Virus record (IMG/VR): IMGVR_UViG_3300009509_000020
Span: 559 to 64,558 of that record
DNA: 64,000 nucleotides
Strand: one strand, 5' to 3'
DNA from: a virus
Taxonomy: Duplodnaviria; Caudoviricetes
The position numbers were made by a program, and so were the translations under genes. Position 1 is the first letter of the stretch; each line of letters opens with the position of its first letter. This document shows positions 36,521 through 45,661 of this stretch, piece by piece. The notes under the pieces were generated by a model. It was not told the DNA's origin, searched no databases, and worked only from the letters and a program-made list of their open reading frames with translations.

Positions 36521-38046
36521 GTCGTCAAGGCGATTATTTTGACGCCAATATGGGCGTGCTCTGGATTCAACCAGCCGGCCCAAACACGCAGCCGCAATAC
36601 CTCGGCTGCCATGACTTGGGCGATGTGAGTGAGCCACAAGGCGATATTGCGCAGCGATATTGCCCTAATCCAGATGGGCCAGGGTCTTGGGATGTAGTGC
36701 TTGTCACACAAGGGCCGCCAGATAGAATCACCACGACTATCACGACATACGTTGGCAAAACTGCCGATTGGTTGGAAAGACAGGTTTGCCCTGTTCCGGT
36801 TTATGTACATCAATCTAAGTGCGGCAAGAAAAATATCTTTTTGACCTACGATAGAGGGGAGCTTTACCAATATGCCCGTTTTGCTGGCAAGGGCCGCTCA
36901 AATCTGGCGATGCGTGAAGGAGTTGACGCCTCGGAGCAAACTTTTGACCTATCGGCTGATTCATATCCCAACGGCCTTTTTGGCAAGTATTATCCGCTAA
37001 AACTTACACGCCAGGTTACAACCGAGGCCAATGGTCTCTTTGATATCGCCTTCTGTAATGCCCTAACCTGTCTCGGCCCTTGTGGCCCAGCTCAAGACCT
37101 TTGTACAGAAGGCTATATCGTCGCCGCTGCCGGGATTGGTGTTTCAGCTAACGTCTTGCGCACCGCTAATGCCGGTGTGACATGGGCGGCAACTGCTGCC
37201 GATCCTTTTGCTATTAACGAGGATATTATCAGCGTCGTTTGCTTTCCTGTTTCCCGCACCGTGACACGGGTGGTCGTGGCGCGGGGAACAACAGATGTGG
37301 CTAACCCTGCCGAAATTGCCTACAGCGATGATAACGGCGCGACCTGGACGAACGTTAATGTGGGCAGCACTAACGGCGAATACATGCAGTGGACGGGCGC
37401 TCTATTTGCGATTGATAACTACCACATTTGGGCCGTGACTGATGCTGGGGCAATTTTCAAGAGCACCGATGGCGCGGCAAGCTGGACTGAGCAGACCACA
37501 ACTAATACCAATGGCTTGAATTATATCCGCTTCAAAGACGAAAATCACGGCTTGACGGTTGGCGATACGAATGCTATTCTCTATACAGAGGATGGCGGGG
37601 CACATTGGGCTATTATCGCCGGCCCTGCTGCTCAGGCCGCCCAAAATGCGCTATGCTGTGAAATTCTGGATGCTTACCGCTGGTGGGTTGGTTACGCTGA
37701 TGGCGAGCTTTGGTATACCAACGATGGCGGGACGAACTGGGCGCAGCGCACGGTTGATACTCCGACTGGCGCTGTGAGCGTTGACCGTATCAACGACATC
37801 ATGTTTATTGACGACTTCTTGGGTTTCTTTGTAACCAAGTGGACAGATGGCAGCGCCGACGAATTTGGCTCGATTCATCGCACCTTTAATGGCGGCCACG
37901 ATTGGGAAGTCTACCAGGTTACAGACGCATTTGATACTGACACACCTACGGGATTAAATGCCGTTTGGGCCTGTCACTATAACCTAGCCTATGCCGTTGG
38001 CAATTTGATCGATTCGACCGGTGCGATCTATACCGTCTCTACCTAA
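36517..38046 (+). CDS. probable major tail protein fused to a BNR/Ycf48-like beta-propeller
   Basis: Position before chaperone and tape measure; Asp-box repeats SDDNGATW, STDGAASW, TEDGGAHW, TNDGGTNW, TFNGGHDW. Confidence 0.7.
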   Translation: MSRQGDYFDANMGVLWIQPAGPNTQPQYLGCHDLGDVSEPQGDIAQRYCPNPDGPGSWDVVLVTQGPPDRITTTITTYVGKTADWLERQVCPVPVYVHQSKCGKKNIFLTYDRGELYQYARFAGKGRSNLAMREGVDASEQTFDLSADSYPNGLFGKYYPLKLTRQVTTEANGLFDIAFCNALTCLGPCGPAQDLCTEGYIVAAAGIGVSANVLRTANAGVTWAATAADPFAINEDIISVVCFPVSRTVTRVVVARGTTDVANPAEIAYSDDNGATWTNVNVGSTNGEYMQWTGALFAIDNYHIWAVTDAGAIFKSTDGAASWTEQTTTNTNGLNYIRFKDENHGLTVGDTNAILYTEDGGAHWAIIAGPAAQAAQNALCCEILDAYRWWVGYADGELWYTNDGGTNWAQRTVDTPTGAVSVDRINDIMFIDDFLGFFVTKWTDGSADEFGSIHRTFNGGHDWEVYQVTDAFDTDTPTGLNAVWACHYNLAYAVGNLIDSTGAIYTVST

Positions 38047-38062
38047 CAAGACGTTCACTACT

Positions 38063-38168
38063 GAGCATCCTGGGGAGCAATGGGATGCGCTTAAATAATC
38101 AATACAGCCAACAGACGACGGCAAGCAGCTCCCCGCTTGTCGTCGTTTTGTTGGACTTAAAGGGGAGT
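38063..38168 (+). promoter_or_regulatory. two-hairpin kissing-loop element with anti-SD loop
   Basis: Loop GGGGAGC (38072-78) complements loop GCTCCCC (38128-34), which also complements the SD GGGGAGT (38162-68). Confidence 0.6.
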
Positions 38169-38580
38169 GAATGAAATGAGGCGACGCGAATTTTGGTTGA
38201 TAGATGATAGCTCGGCCTTTATTATTGAGAACGAGCTAAAAACGTCTCTGACTAATATTAACGCAATTGTGGAAAAGATAGAATGGGGTAAACGGGGCAA
38301 AACAAATATTGTCTTGAGGGGCTACCTGCCTTTGGCTTATTATCTAATTGTTATGGCAGATGGGATTGCATTAGAAATACAAAATGAGCCATGTAGTAGA
38401 AAAGACATTTACGTAGATGGTACAACAATAATTAGGATAGCAGATTGTGAGATAATAAAGAGGTGGATTGAGCAGCCAGTATCTATACAGCCCAGTCATA
38501 ATGATATAGAGATATTTGTTGAGCTTGAAGGTGCAAGTATCGAATTCCCACAGGAGCAGATTAAAATGGGGAGCGAATAA
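38167..38580 (+). CDS. hypothetical AT-rich insert
   Basis: Between tail tube and chaperone genes; lower GC. Confidence 0.55.
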   Translation: MNEMRRREFWLIDDSSAFIIENELKTSLTNINAIVEKIEWGKRGKTNIVLRGYLPLAYYLIVMADGIALEIQNEPCSRKDIYVDGTTIIRIADCEIIKRWIEQPVSIQPSHNDIEIFVELEGASIEFPQEQIKMGSE

Positions 38581-39166
38581 AATGAACGAAGAAAATAATA
38601 CATACAAGACGAGCCGGGGCATAATAATTCGGTTAGTACCCATTCCATTTCTACTAGACCAAGTGCGGGCAAGTGTGGTATTCCCGGAGCCGCCCACTTA
38701 TGAAGTCGTAAATGTGGCGGGTGATACCGAGGTACATTTGCACGATGAAACCACACTTGAAACCGATGAAGACAAGGCCAAATGGGCCGCCTATCTCAAG
38801 GCTAGAGATGAAGCCGAGGTTAGGTTGCGCGAAAATATGACCAGAACCATATTGGCTAAGGGCCTTATCGTCGAAATGCCAAAAGACGATGAATGGGTCA
38901 AAGATCAGGAATGGTGCGGGGTAAATGTGCCTACAGAACCACGAGAGAGGCGATTGCACTACATTTTGACAGAAGTTATCGGCCGGCCCGATGACCTGAG
39001 CGACATCATGATCGGTATTGGCAGAATCTCTGGCGTAAATGAGGAGGCGCTGGCGACTGCCGAGGATTCCTTTCGTTCTGCGATGGGGCGGGGAGAAAGG
39101 TCGGCCGCTGGAGAACATCAAAGCCATATTGCGCCGCTTGAAGGGCAAGAGGGGCTGGTGGCATAG
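38581..39166 (+). CDS. tail assembly chaperone (gpG-like)
   Basis: Position before tape measure; GGGGAG RBS; start re-called at MNEEN. Confidence 0.75.
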
Positions 39167-39338
39167 CCCGCGTTATTCGGAGGTGGATACGGCCCACGAT
39201 TGGGGTATAGACCTCGATAGCTGGTGGGGATTGAGTGAAGCGGCGCGGGCCTACATGATGGCTTATACTGGCGCACGAGGATGGATGAAAGCCTGGGAAG
39301 AACACCTGGCCGAACGGGAGAGTAAGAAGCGTGCCTGA
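39072..39338 (+). CDS. +1 frameshift extension of the tail chaperone (gpT-like)
   Basis: Open +1 frame through TCC TTT CGT (39068-76) reading ...AHDWGIDLDSWWGLS..ARAYMMAY; abuts the tape measure gene. Confidence 0.7.
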   Translation, partial: FVLRWGGEKGRPLENIKAILRRLKGKRGWWHSPRYSEVDTAHDWGIDLDSWWGLSEAARAYMMAYTGARGWMKAWEEHLAERESKKRA

Positions 39339-42300
39339 GAAAATCGGCCTCATGGCCGTCTTAGACACAACTGAATTCGATAGGGGATTAAAATCCTATC
39401 TTGGTGGTTTAAGTACGACTGAATCACAAACCAGGCGTACTTCTGATGCTGTAGTCAAATTTGGAGAACAAACTAAAGGCGCAACTAAAAACTTAGGTGC
39501 TGCTGCCACACAAATTTCCAAGACAACTAGTAGCTTGGGTACTATGGAGAGTGTTTACGGGCATATCAAAGGCCCCCTTGCAAGTTTAAATCAATGGTTG
39601 TCTGGAACTGTTAAATCTACTACTACAGTTCAAACTAGTTTGGACAAAGTTACTAGAGGAATAGGCCAATCAGCAAGTGCAATTGATAGAACAGCAAGTA
39701 TAGCAAGTGGTGCTACTCAGAAAATTGGAGAAGCGACTAGTGGACTTGGGGAAACTACCAAGCAAACAGTTAGTTCTATAAACAACATGGGGACTACTGC
39801 CCAAACCGTTTTTGGAGTTATCATAGGAAATATTGCTGTACAAGGAATTGGTTTATTAACTAGAACTATTAGCGGAGCAATTTCTTCTATCGGTGATATG
39901 GTGCGTGGGGCGGCGGATATTCAGGGCGTTAGAGTTGCCTTCGAGGCCCTGACTGCTGCCCAACCAGATTTTTTGAGCAAGATGCAAGACGCATCGTCTG
40001 GCATGATCGCACAACGCGACCTCATGCAATCTTATAACCTGGCCGCGCAGTTGGTCGGCAAAACCTTCGCCGATCAATTGCCCGAAGCGATGGGCTATTT
40101 GACCAAAGTTTCGGCCTCTACCGGCCAATCTATGCAGTACCTCATGGATTCCCTCGTTCGTGGTGTTGGCCGCCTTTCCCCGATGATTTTGGACAACCTG
40201 GCAATCCAGGTTGATTTGACATCGGCAACAGATGCTTATGGCAAAGAAATTGGCAAGACAGCCGAAGAAATGACAAAGGCCGAGAAACAGGCTGCCGTCA
40301 TGGCCGAAGTTATGAGACAACTTGCTATCAATACGGCGGCAATGCCCGACGTGAGCGGGCTGGCGTCTTCTGGTATAGCAGGATTTACTGCCCGGATTCA
40401 AAATCTGAGAGATGCTGCCGGCACTGGATTATTGCCAGTTTTGAACGGCCTAATCGGGCCAGTCAATGCTATCATAGACCGTTTTACAGTAGCAATCGGC
40501 GAAGGTGGCGCTTTGAGCGCCGTGATGACCAATCTTGGCGCGGCAGCTTCCGTTGTGGGTGATGGTCTAGCACAAATGGCAGACGTGGCAGCAGACCGGG
40601 GCATCAACTTTATCTCTACTCTAAACGAGCGGTTTGGGCAGGCGGCCAGGAATGCGCTGGAGTGGGGTATCAACATCGTTGCTCAACTTGCCGATGGCAT
40701 GATACAGGGCGCTGCCTCTGTATTAAATGCGGCCATGACGTGGATCGGCAATCTTTTGGCGGGCTGGCTTGCGCCTGGAAGCCCACCGGCCATTGCCCCT
40801 GACCTCGATTTGTGGGGCGCGGAAGCGATGAACGAATACCTGCAAGGTTTTACTCAGGCCGATTTTGACATTCTCGAAGGCTTGCAGAGTAAAATGCAAT
40901 CGGTTTTCAATTCTCTTGCTGCTGCTGGCGTTATGACAGGAGAGCAGGCGTCACAAGCATTTGCTGACTTTTCTATGGAGATAACTAGGTCGCTGGCAGA
41001 AACAGGCGAAGTTGGAGAAGATATTTTTTCCAGACTGGTAGAGATAGCCGGGCCGTTTGGGCAAGAGATTGCCGACTTGACGCGGGCGCAAGTTGGCCTT
41101 GCTCAGGCATTAGACGAAGTTCGCAAAGCTCAGGAAGAACTGAATAAGGCTAATGAGGCTATCTCTACGGCAGAATCGGATGTTGCCCGCCTAACCAGAG
41201 AGTATAACGCCATGCTCAAGGCCGGGGCCAGCGACGAAATATTGAAAGCCAAATTAGCAGAAATCAATGCTGCTGAAGATGGTCTCGACGTTGCCCGCAA
41301 GCAGCGCAACGAAGCGCAGAAGGCATTGAAGGACGCCGAGAAACGAGCCGACCCACTAGAGGAACAGGTCAAGCTCCAAGAGAGATTGGTCAAACAGCTT
41401 TTGGACATGGCAAAGGCGCAAGAAAAGGCCAGGAAAGAGGCGGAAAAAGCCGCTGCCGGAGGCGGCGGGGGAGGCGGCGGGGGAGGCGGTGGGGCGGGGC
41501 GCGTAGGCGGTGGCGGCGCGGCGGCGGCTATGCCTGCTTTGGGCGCGGCCTTGCCCACCCTGGCGGCAGGTCTGCCGGCCAGCTTTGAGGAAGCAAAGGC
41601 AGGCATTCTGGCCTCGCTGGGCGACTTGTTTGCGCCGCTCAAAGAACGTTGGGAAACATCCATGCTGCCGACTATACAAGGCATAGCCGACAAGTGGACG
41701 TGGTTTACTGGCATCGTGAAAACTTTCTATGATGAAAAAGTAAAGCCAGTCATAGATGCTATCACCGGTCTCATTCCCCCCACGCTGCTTGAGAACATCG
41801 GCAAGGCCATCGGTATCATTGCCGCGCTTGGGGCAGCCTTTGCCGCTGCCAGCGCAGTCATCGGTGTCATAGGCGGTATCATCGGGGCGCTAGTTTCGCC
41901 TATAGGTCTAATCGTCGGGGCAATCGCCTTGCTCATTACGGCCTGGGAAGGTAATTGGCTCGGCATCCGTGATATTATGACCAACGTTTGGGAAAACACA
42001 CTCAAGCCAGCACTAACCGCTATCTGGGAGTGGTTGAGTACGAATATCCCCGTCGCTATCGAGACGGCCAAGACGTTCTGGGAAACGACGCTGAAACCAG
42101 CCCTAGAAGCGGTTTGGAGTTTTATTACCGATAGCCTGATTCCTGCCTTTACTGCCGTTGCCGACTGGCTTGGCGTGACTATCGGGGCGGCCATAGATAC
42201 GGCCAAACAGGTATGGGAAGAAGTGCTCAAGCCAGCCCTAGAAATCGTCTACAATTTTATCAAAGATGATTTGTTACCATTGTTTGATTCCCTCAAAGAG

Positions 42301-42930
42301 CTTTTCGATGTTGGTTTGAACCTAGCCGTCACTGCTATGGCAGGACTTTGGCAAAATATCCTCAAGCCCGCCCTCGATGTTGTCTACGCCTTGATCAAGG
42401 ATAAATTACAACCAATTCTCGATGGCATACAGACATTCTTTGAAGATGACTTGAAACCAATACTTGATACTATTGCTACGCTTTTTAGCGTAACATTGAC
42501 TGCCGCCTGGAACACGTTTACCGACGTGCTAACCGTTGCCAAGACGACGATTCTCGATCCAATCAAGACAGTTTTCGAGAGTATTTCGACAGCAATACAA
42601 GATGTTACGACGTGGATAAAAGACCTGACGGATAAATTGAAAAACATCACTTTGCCTGATTGGTTAATGCCCGGATCGCCACCACCGCTATTTTATGCCT
42701 TGCAGGATATAGGCAATCAAATGAGGCAATTATCGGCAGTTGAGTTGCCCCGATTGGCAGCAGAATTACAGTTACAGCCACTTGGCGCGGCGGCCACCAT
42801 GCAACAAATGCCAGGCAGTGTGAGCAATTTTAATCAGACAACTCAAATCGGGCCGAATACTATTCAAAATGGTATGGATGTAGCCGCTATAGAAGCGTTG
42901 GTAGAACGCGCCGTAGCCAGGAGAATATAA
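39331..42930 (+). CDS. tape measure protein
   Basis: 1199 aa, Ala/Gly-rich helical; GVGRLSPMILDNL; periodic W/F repeats (WENTLKPAL). Confidence 0.92.
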   Translation: MPEKIGLMAVLDTTEFDRGLKSYLGGLSTTESQTRRTSDAVVKFGEQTKGATKNLGAAATQISKTTSSLGTMESVYGHIKGPLASLNQWLSGTVKSTTTVQTSLDKVTRGIGQSASAIDRTASIASGATQKIGEATSGLGETTKQTVSSINNMGTTAQTVFGVIIGNIAVQGIGLLTRTISGAISSIGDMVRGAADIQGVRVAFEALTAAQPDFLSKMQDASSGMIAQRDLMQSYNLAAQLVGKTFADQLPEAMGYLTKVSASTGQSMQYLMDSLVRGVGRLSPMILDNLAIQVDLTSATDAYGKEIGKTAEEMTKAEKQAAVMAEVMRQLAINTAAMPDVSGLASSGIAGFTARIQNLRDAAGTGLLPVLNGLIGPVNAIIDRFTVAIGEGGALSAVMTNLGAAASVVGDGLAQMADVAADRGINFISTLNERFGQAARNALEWGINIVAQLADGMIQGAASVLNAAMTWIGNLLAGWLAPGSPPAIAPDLDLWGAEAMNEYLQGFTQADFDILEGLQSKMQSVFNSLAAAGVMTGEQASQAFADFSMEITRSLAETGEVGEDIFSRLVEIAGPFGQEIADLTRAQVGLAQALDEVRKAQEELNKANEAISTAESDVARLTREYNAMLKAGASDEILKAKLAEINAAEDGLDVARKQRNEAQKALKDAEKRADPLEEQVKLQERLVKQLLDMAKAQEKARKEAEKAAAGGGGGGGGGGGGAGRVGGGGAAAAMPALGAALPTLAAGLPASFEEAKAGILASLGDLFAPLKERWETSMLPTIQGIADKWTWFTGIVKTFYDEKVKPVIDAITGLIPPTLLENIGKAIGIIAALGAAFAAASAVIGVIGGIIGALVSPIGLIVGAIALLITAWEGNWLGIRDIMTNVWENTLKPALTAIWEWLSTNIPVAIETAKTFWETTLKPALEAVWSFITDSLIPAFTAVADWLGVTIGAAIDTAKQVWEEVLKPALEIVYNFIKDDLLPLFDSLKELFDVGLNLAVTAMAGLWQNILKPALDVVYALIKDKLQPILDGIQTFFEDDLKPILDTIATLFSVTLTAAWNTFTDVLTVAKTTILDPIKTVFESISTAIQDVTTWIKDLTDKLKNITLPDWLMPGSPPPLFYALQDIGNQMRQLSAVELPRLAAELQLQPLGAAATMQQMPGSVSNFNQTTQIGPNTIQNGMDVAAIEALVERAVARRI

Positions 42931-44945
42931 TGCCTATCACAGCAATCTTGAGAATAACAGATGGGACAGACCCCGCCGTTAACCTGCTGAACCAAAGCAC
43001 AGGACTTCATCTCGAAAATTGGCGACAGGTTCCATTGCCCAGTAAAGGCGAGGGAATTTACCAATCTAGCCCCATTGCCGACGGCCGCCGTCTTGTTGCT
43101 AGGCAATGGGACAACACCCTGGATCGCTTCGACCTGATTGTCAACGGTCTGGAACAAGACGCCGTAATTTACGATTTGAGGCAACTGTTTACATTGCTCG
43201 AAAAGGCGACGCAATATTGGACAACTGATTGGCAACAGGAGCCGGTATGGCTAGAAGCGCGGGCCGGGTGTGAGACCAACCTGCGCTATGCCCATATCGT
43301 AAACTGGCGCGTGCCAGAGTTAAGCAGCCCATATCATGGCGCATTTCTCGAACACCTAACAGCGATGGGCGACATCACGCTATTGATAGAACATACGGGC
43401 TGGCGCGATTTACCGCCAGGCGAGGGCAATGCAATAGAATTGAGCGCCGTCGAAACCTACGACGGGCGAAATCTGGGCAACGTTGACGATGCAGGCGATA
43501 GAACGCCTACAACTAACGATGAAGTTTATATTGTCAATAAGCGCAATCAGGCCAATCTGACAGATATTTATATCTACGATACGCCAGTATTTTTGCCAGG
43601 CAACTATATGGATGCGGTCTTGCCGTTCAATATGTTGCCAGCCGTCCCCGTCGCTGGCGATATAATTTACTTTGGTATTGATACGACTTTAGCCAATAGC
43701 GGGCCATTTAACAATCTCGTGTTTGACCTCAGTGCAGCCCAAACGAACATAACCAATCTGGATTGGGAATATTGGAATGGCGCGGCCTGGGCGGCGCTGA
43801 CGATAAACAATGACAATACAGCGAATGGTGGGCAACCAATGAGTGTCGCCGGTGTAAACTCGGTACATTGGGAACAACCGGCCAACTGGGCCACGACTGC
43901 GGTTAACGGGGTGACGGGTTATTGGGTTAGGCTGCGCGTCCTGGCTGTCGGGGCCAATCCAACCCCGCCAGTACAACAGAATAGAGACATTTATTCTTGT
44001 ATCTGGCCTTATATCGAGATTCAGGCGGAAGATATTGGCGGCGACGTGTCAGCAATGAATCATCTCGAAATATTGTCTGTAGCTGAAGCAGATTTCTTGC
44101 GAATCATCGTAGGATTACGGTCTCTTTCGCGTGGTGACGAATTCACCGCTTGCCTAAATGCCGCCGATGAACAGAATGTGGGTTTTACGTGTGCAGTTGG
44201 TGTCACTACTGCTTTTATAAATGATGTAACTTCACCGACTGGCAGAATTGCACAATATAATCCAGCAGGTGCAGATGCATTGACAAATAGAGTTGCCTGG
44301 ACTTTCCAAAATACTATCGCGCCTGACTTCGTCGGGGAATACCATTGTTTTGTCCGTTATGACACGACCGGAACGACAACATCATATACGATGCAAGTTA
44401 GAATAGAAACGATAGCGACTGACCAACCTTTTATTTCTGAAATAGTGACTATTCCGGCTGGCTTGACTACAGATTACGGCGTTGCTGATATGGGCAAGCT
44501 ACCTTTTTATCCCTACGATGAACACGTTGATATATCAGATACAAACAGGACTTCATTACGAATTTATATTGGCAGTTCTGATGGAACAGATAACATAAAT
44601 ATTATAGACTGTTGGTTAATTCCTACTGACGAATGGGCTGGAGATTTTGAACTTGCTGGGGCAGCTTCAATTCTGAAGACAATAACGCCAGTCGTTGATA
44701 GCGTTACCCTGCCAAAGAAGATGATTCGCTCTCCTGTATTAAATGATCGGGCTGGCGATGTTCATACGTCAATGAAACACGCAACTAATGGCCCTGCAAT
44801 ATTACAGTCAAACGCACAACAACGATTGTGGTTTTTCGTCATGGGTTCAGAAAGCGATGGCATATATGAATCACAATTCTTCTATTCAGCACGTGTTTTA
44901 GATTGGGCAGTTCAACGTTATATTGCTATGAGGGGTAATAGATGA
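42930..44945 (+). CDS. distal tail (Dit)-like protein with inserted beta domains
   Basis: TAATG-coupled to tape measure; 671 aa. Confidence 0.65.
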   Translation: MPITAILRITDGTDPAVNLLNQSTGLHLENWRQVPLPSKGEGIYQSSPIADGRRLVARQWDNTLDRFDLIVNGLEQDAVIYDLRQLFTLLEKATQYWTTDWQQEPVWLEARAGCETNLRYAHIVNWRVPELSSPYHGAFLEHLTAMGDITLLIEHTGWRDLPPGEGNAIELSAVETYDGRNLGNVDDAGDRTPTTNDEVYIVNKRNQANLTDIYIYDTPVFLPGNYMDAVLPFNMLPAVPVAGDIIYFGIDTTLANSGPFNNLVFDLSAAQTNITNLDWEYWNGAAWAALTINNDNTANGGQPMSVAGVNSVHWEQPANWATTAVNGVTGYWVRLRVLAVGANPTPPVQQNRDIYSCIWPYIEIQAEDIGGDVSAMNHLEILSVAEADFLRIIVGLRSLSRGDEFTACLNAADEQNVGFTCAVGVTTAFINDVTSPTGRIAQYNPAGADALTNRVAWTFQNTIAPDFVGEYHCFVRYDTTGTTTSYTMQVRIETIATDQPFISEIVTIPAGLTTDYGVADMGKLPFYPYDEHVDISDTNRTSLRIYIGSSDGTDNINIIDCWLIPTDEWAGDFELAGAASILKTITPVVDSVTLPKKMIRSPVLNDRAGDVHTSMKHATNGPAILQSNAQQRLWFFVMGSESDGIYESQFFYSARVLDWAVQRYIAMRGNR

Positions 44946-45154
44946 TAAAGCGCACGATCATTACAATCATCGTGACAATCCTTCTTTTGGGCAGTTATAC
45001 TATTTGTTCTTTGGCCTATCATCCACCACCGCCTCCTATCATGCCGACTAATATACCAACCCAAACTAAGACGAGATCAGTCCCGACACCAAATGTAACC
45101 AAGCCGATTCAATATCGTTCATATCTGCCCAATATTTGCTCTGATTGCTGGTAG
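44942..45154 (+). CDS. small secreted Pro/Thr-rich protein with YLP motif
   Basis: Signal peptide, PPPP..PT linker, YRSYLPNI. Confidence 0.55.
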   Translation: MIKRTIITIIVTILLLGSYTICSLAYHPPPPPIMPTNIPTQTKTRSVPTPNVTKPIQYRSYLPNICSDCW

Positions 45155-45184
45155 CCGAGATGAAACTATATGGGGGTAAATTAA

Positions 45185-45661
45185 ATGACGACACATACGA
45201 TTATTTTGCCAGTTGAAGGCGGCAGGGCCGATTCTACCGTTCCGGCTGGCGTTTCACTCACTGGTCTGGTAAAACGATTGTTCGATGATTCACAAGAAGA
45301 AAAGCACTCTTGGCAATTTGACATGCCAGAAAACTATTCTAGTAGCCCGGTGTTAGTAGCGACCTGGGCAATGGCCTCAGCGACTAGTGGGAACGTAGTA
45401 TTGACCGGTCGAGTGAAAGCCGTAACGCCGAACACAGAGGATATAGACGCGGCTGCTTATGCAGCCGACAATGACGTAACTACTGCCGTTCCTGGAACGG
45501 GGGGGTATACGAAACAAACTAGTATCACTCTGACCAACGATGATAGTTTGGCGGCTGATGACTTCGTGCAAATCGAATTCGCCAGAAAGGGCAATAGTGG
45601 AAGTGACACGGCTTCTGGCGACTTGGAGCTTTTGGCTGTAAAGCTGGAGTATTCCGACTGA
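45185..45661 (+). CDS. beta-sandwich virion protein
   Basis: F.MP.NY......V..W...RK....DT..GD..L..V.LEY. Confidence 0.6.
   Translation: MTTHTIILPVEGGRADSTVPAGVSLTGLVKRLFDDSQEEKHSWQFDMPENYSSSPVLVATWAMASATSGNVVLTGRVKAVTPNTEDIDAAAYAADNDVTTAVPGTGGYTKQTSITLTNDDSLAADDFVQIEFARKGNSGSDTASGDLELLAVKLEYSD

Noticed and set aside
41130-41714. Pro-rich antisense ORF in the tape measure gene
   Set aside because: Reverse complement of the poly-Gly/Ala segment.
33419-43927. Diversity-generating retroelement TR/VR pair
   Set aside because: Mismatches are not confined to adenines of one copy (T/C, C/T and G/A in both directions) and there is no reverse transcriptase in the window.
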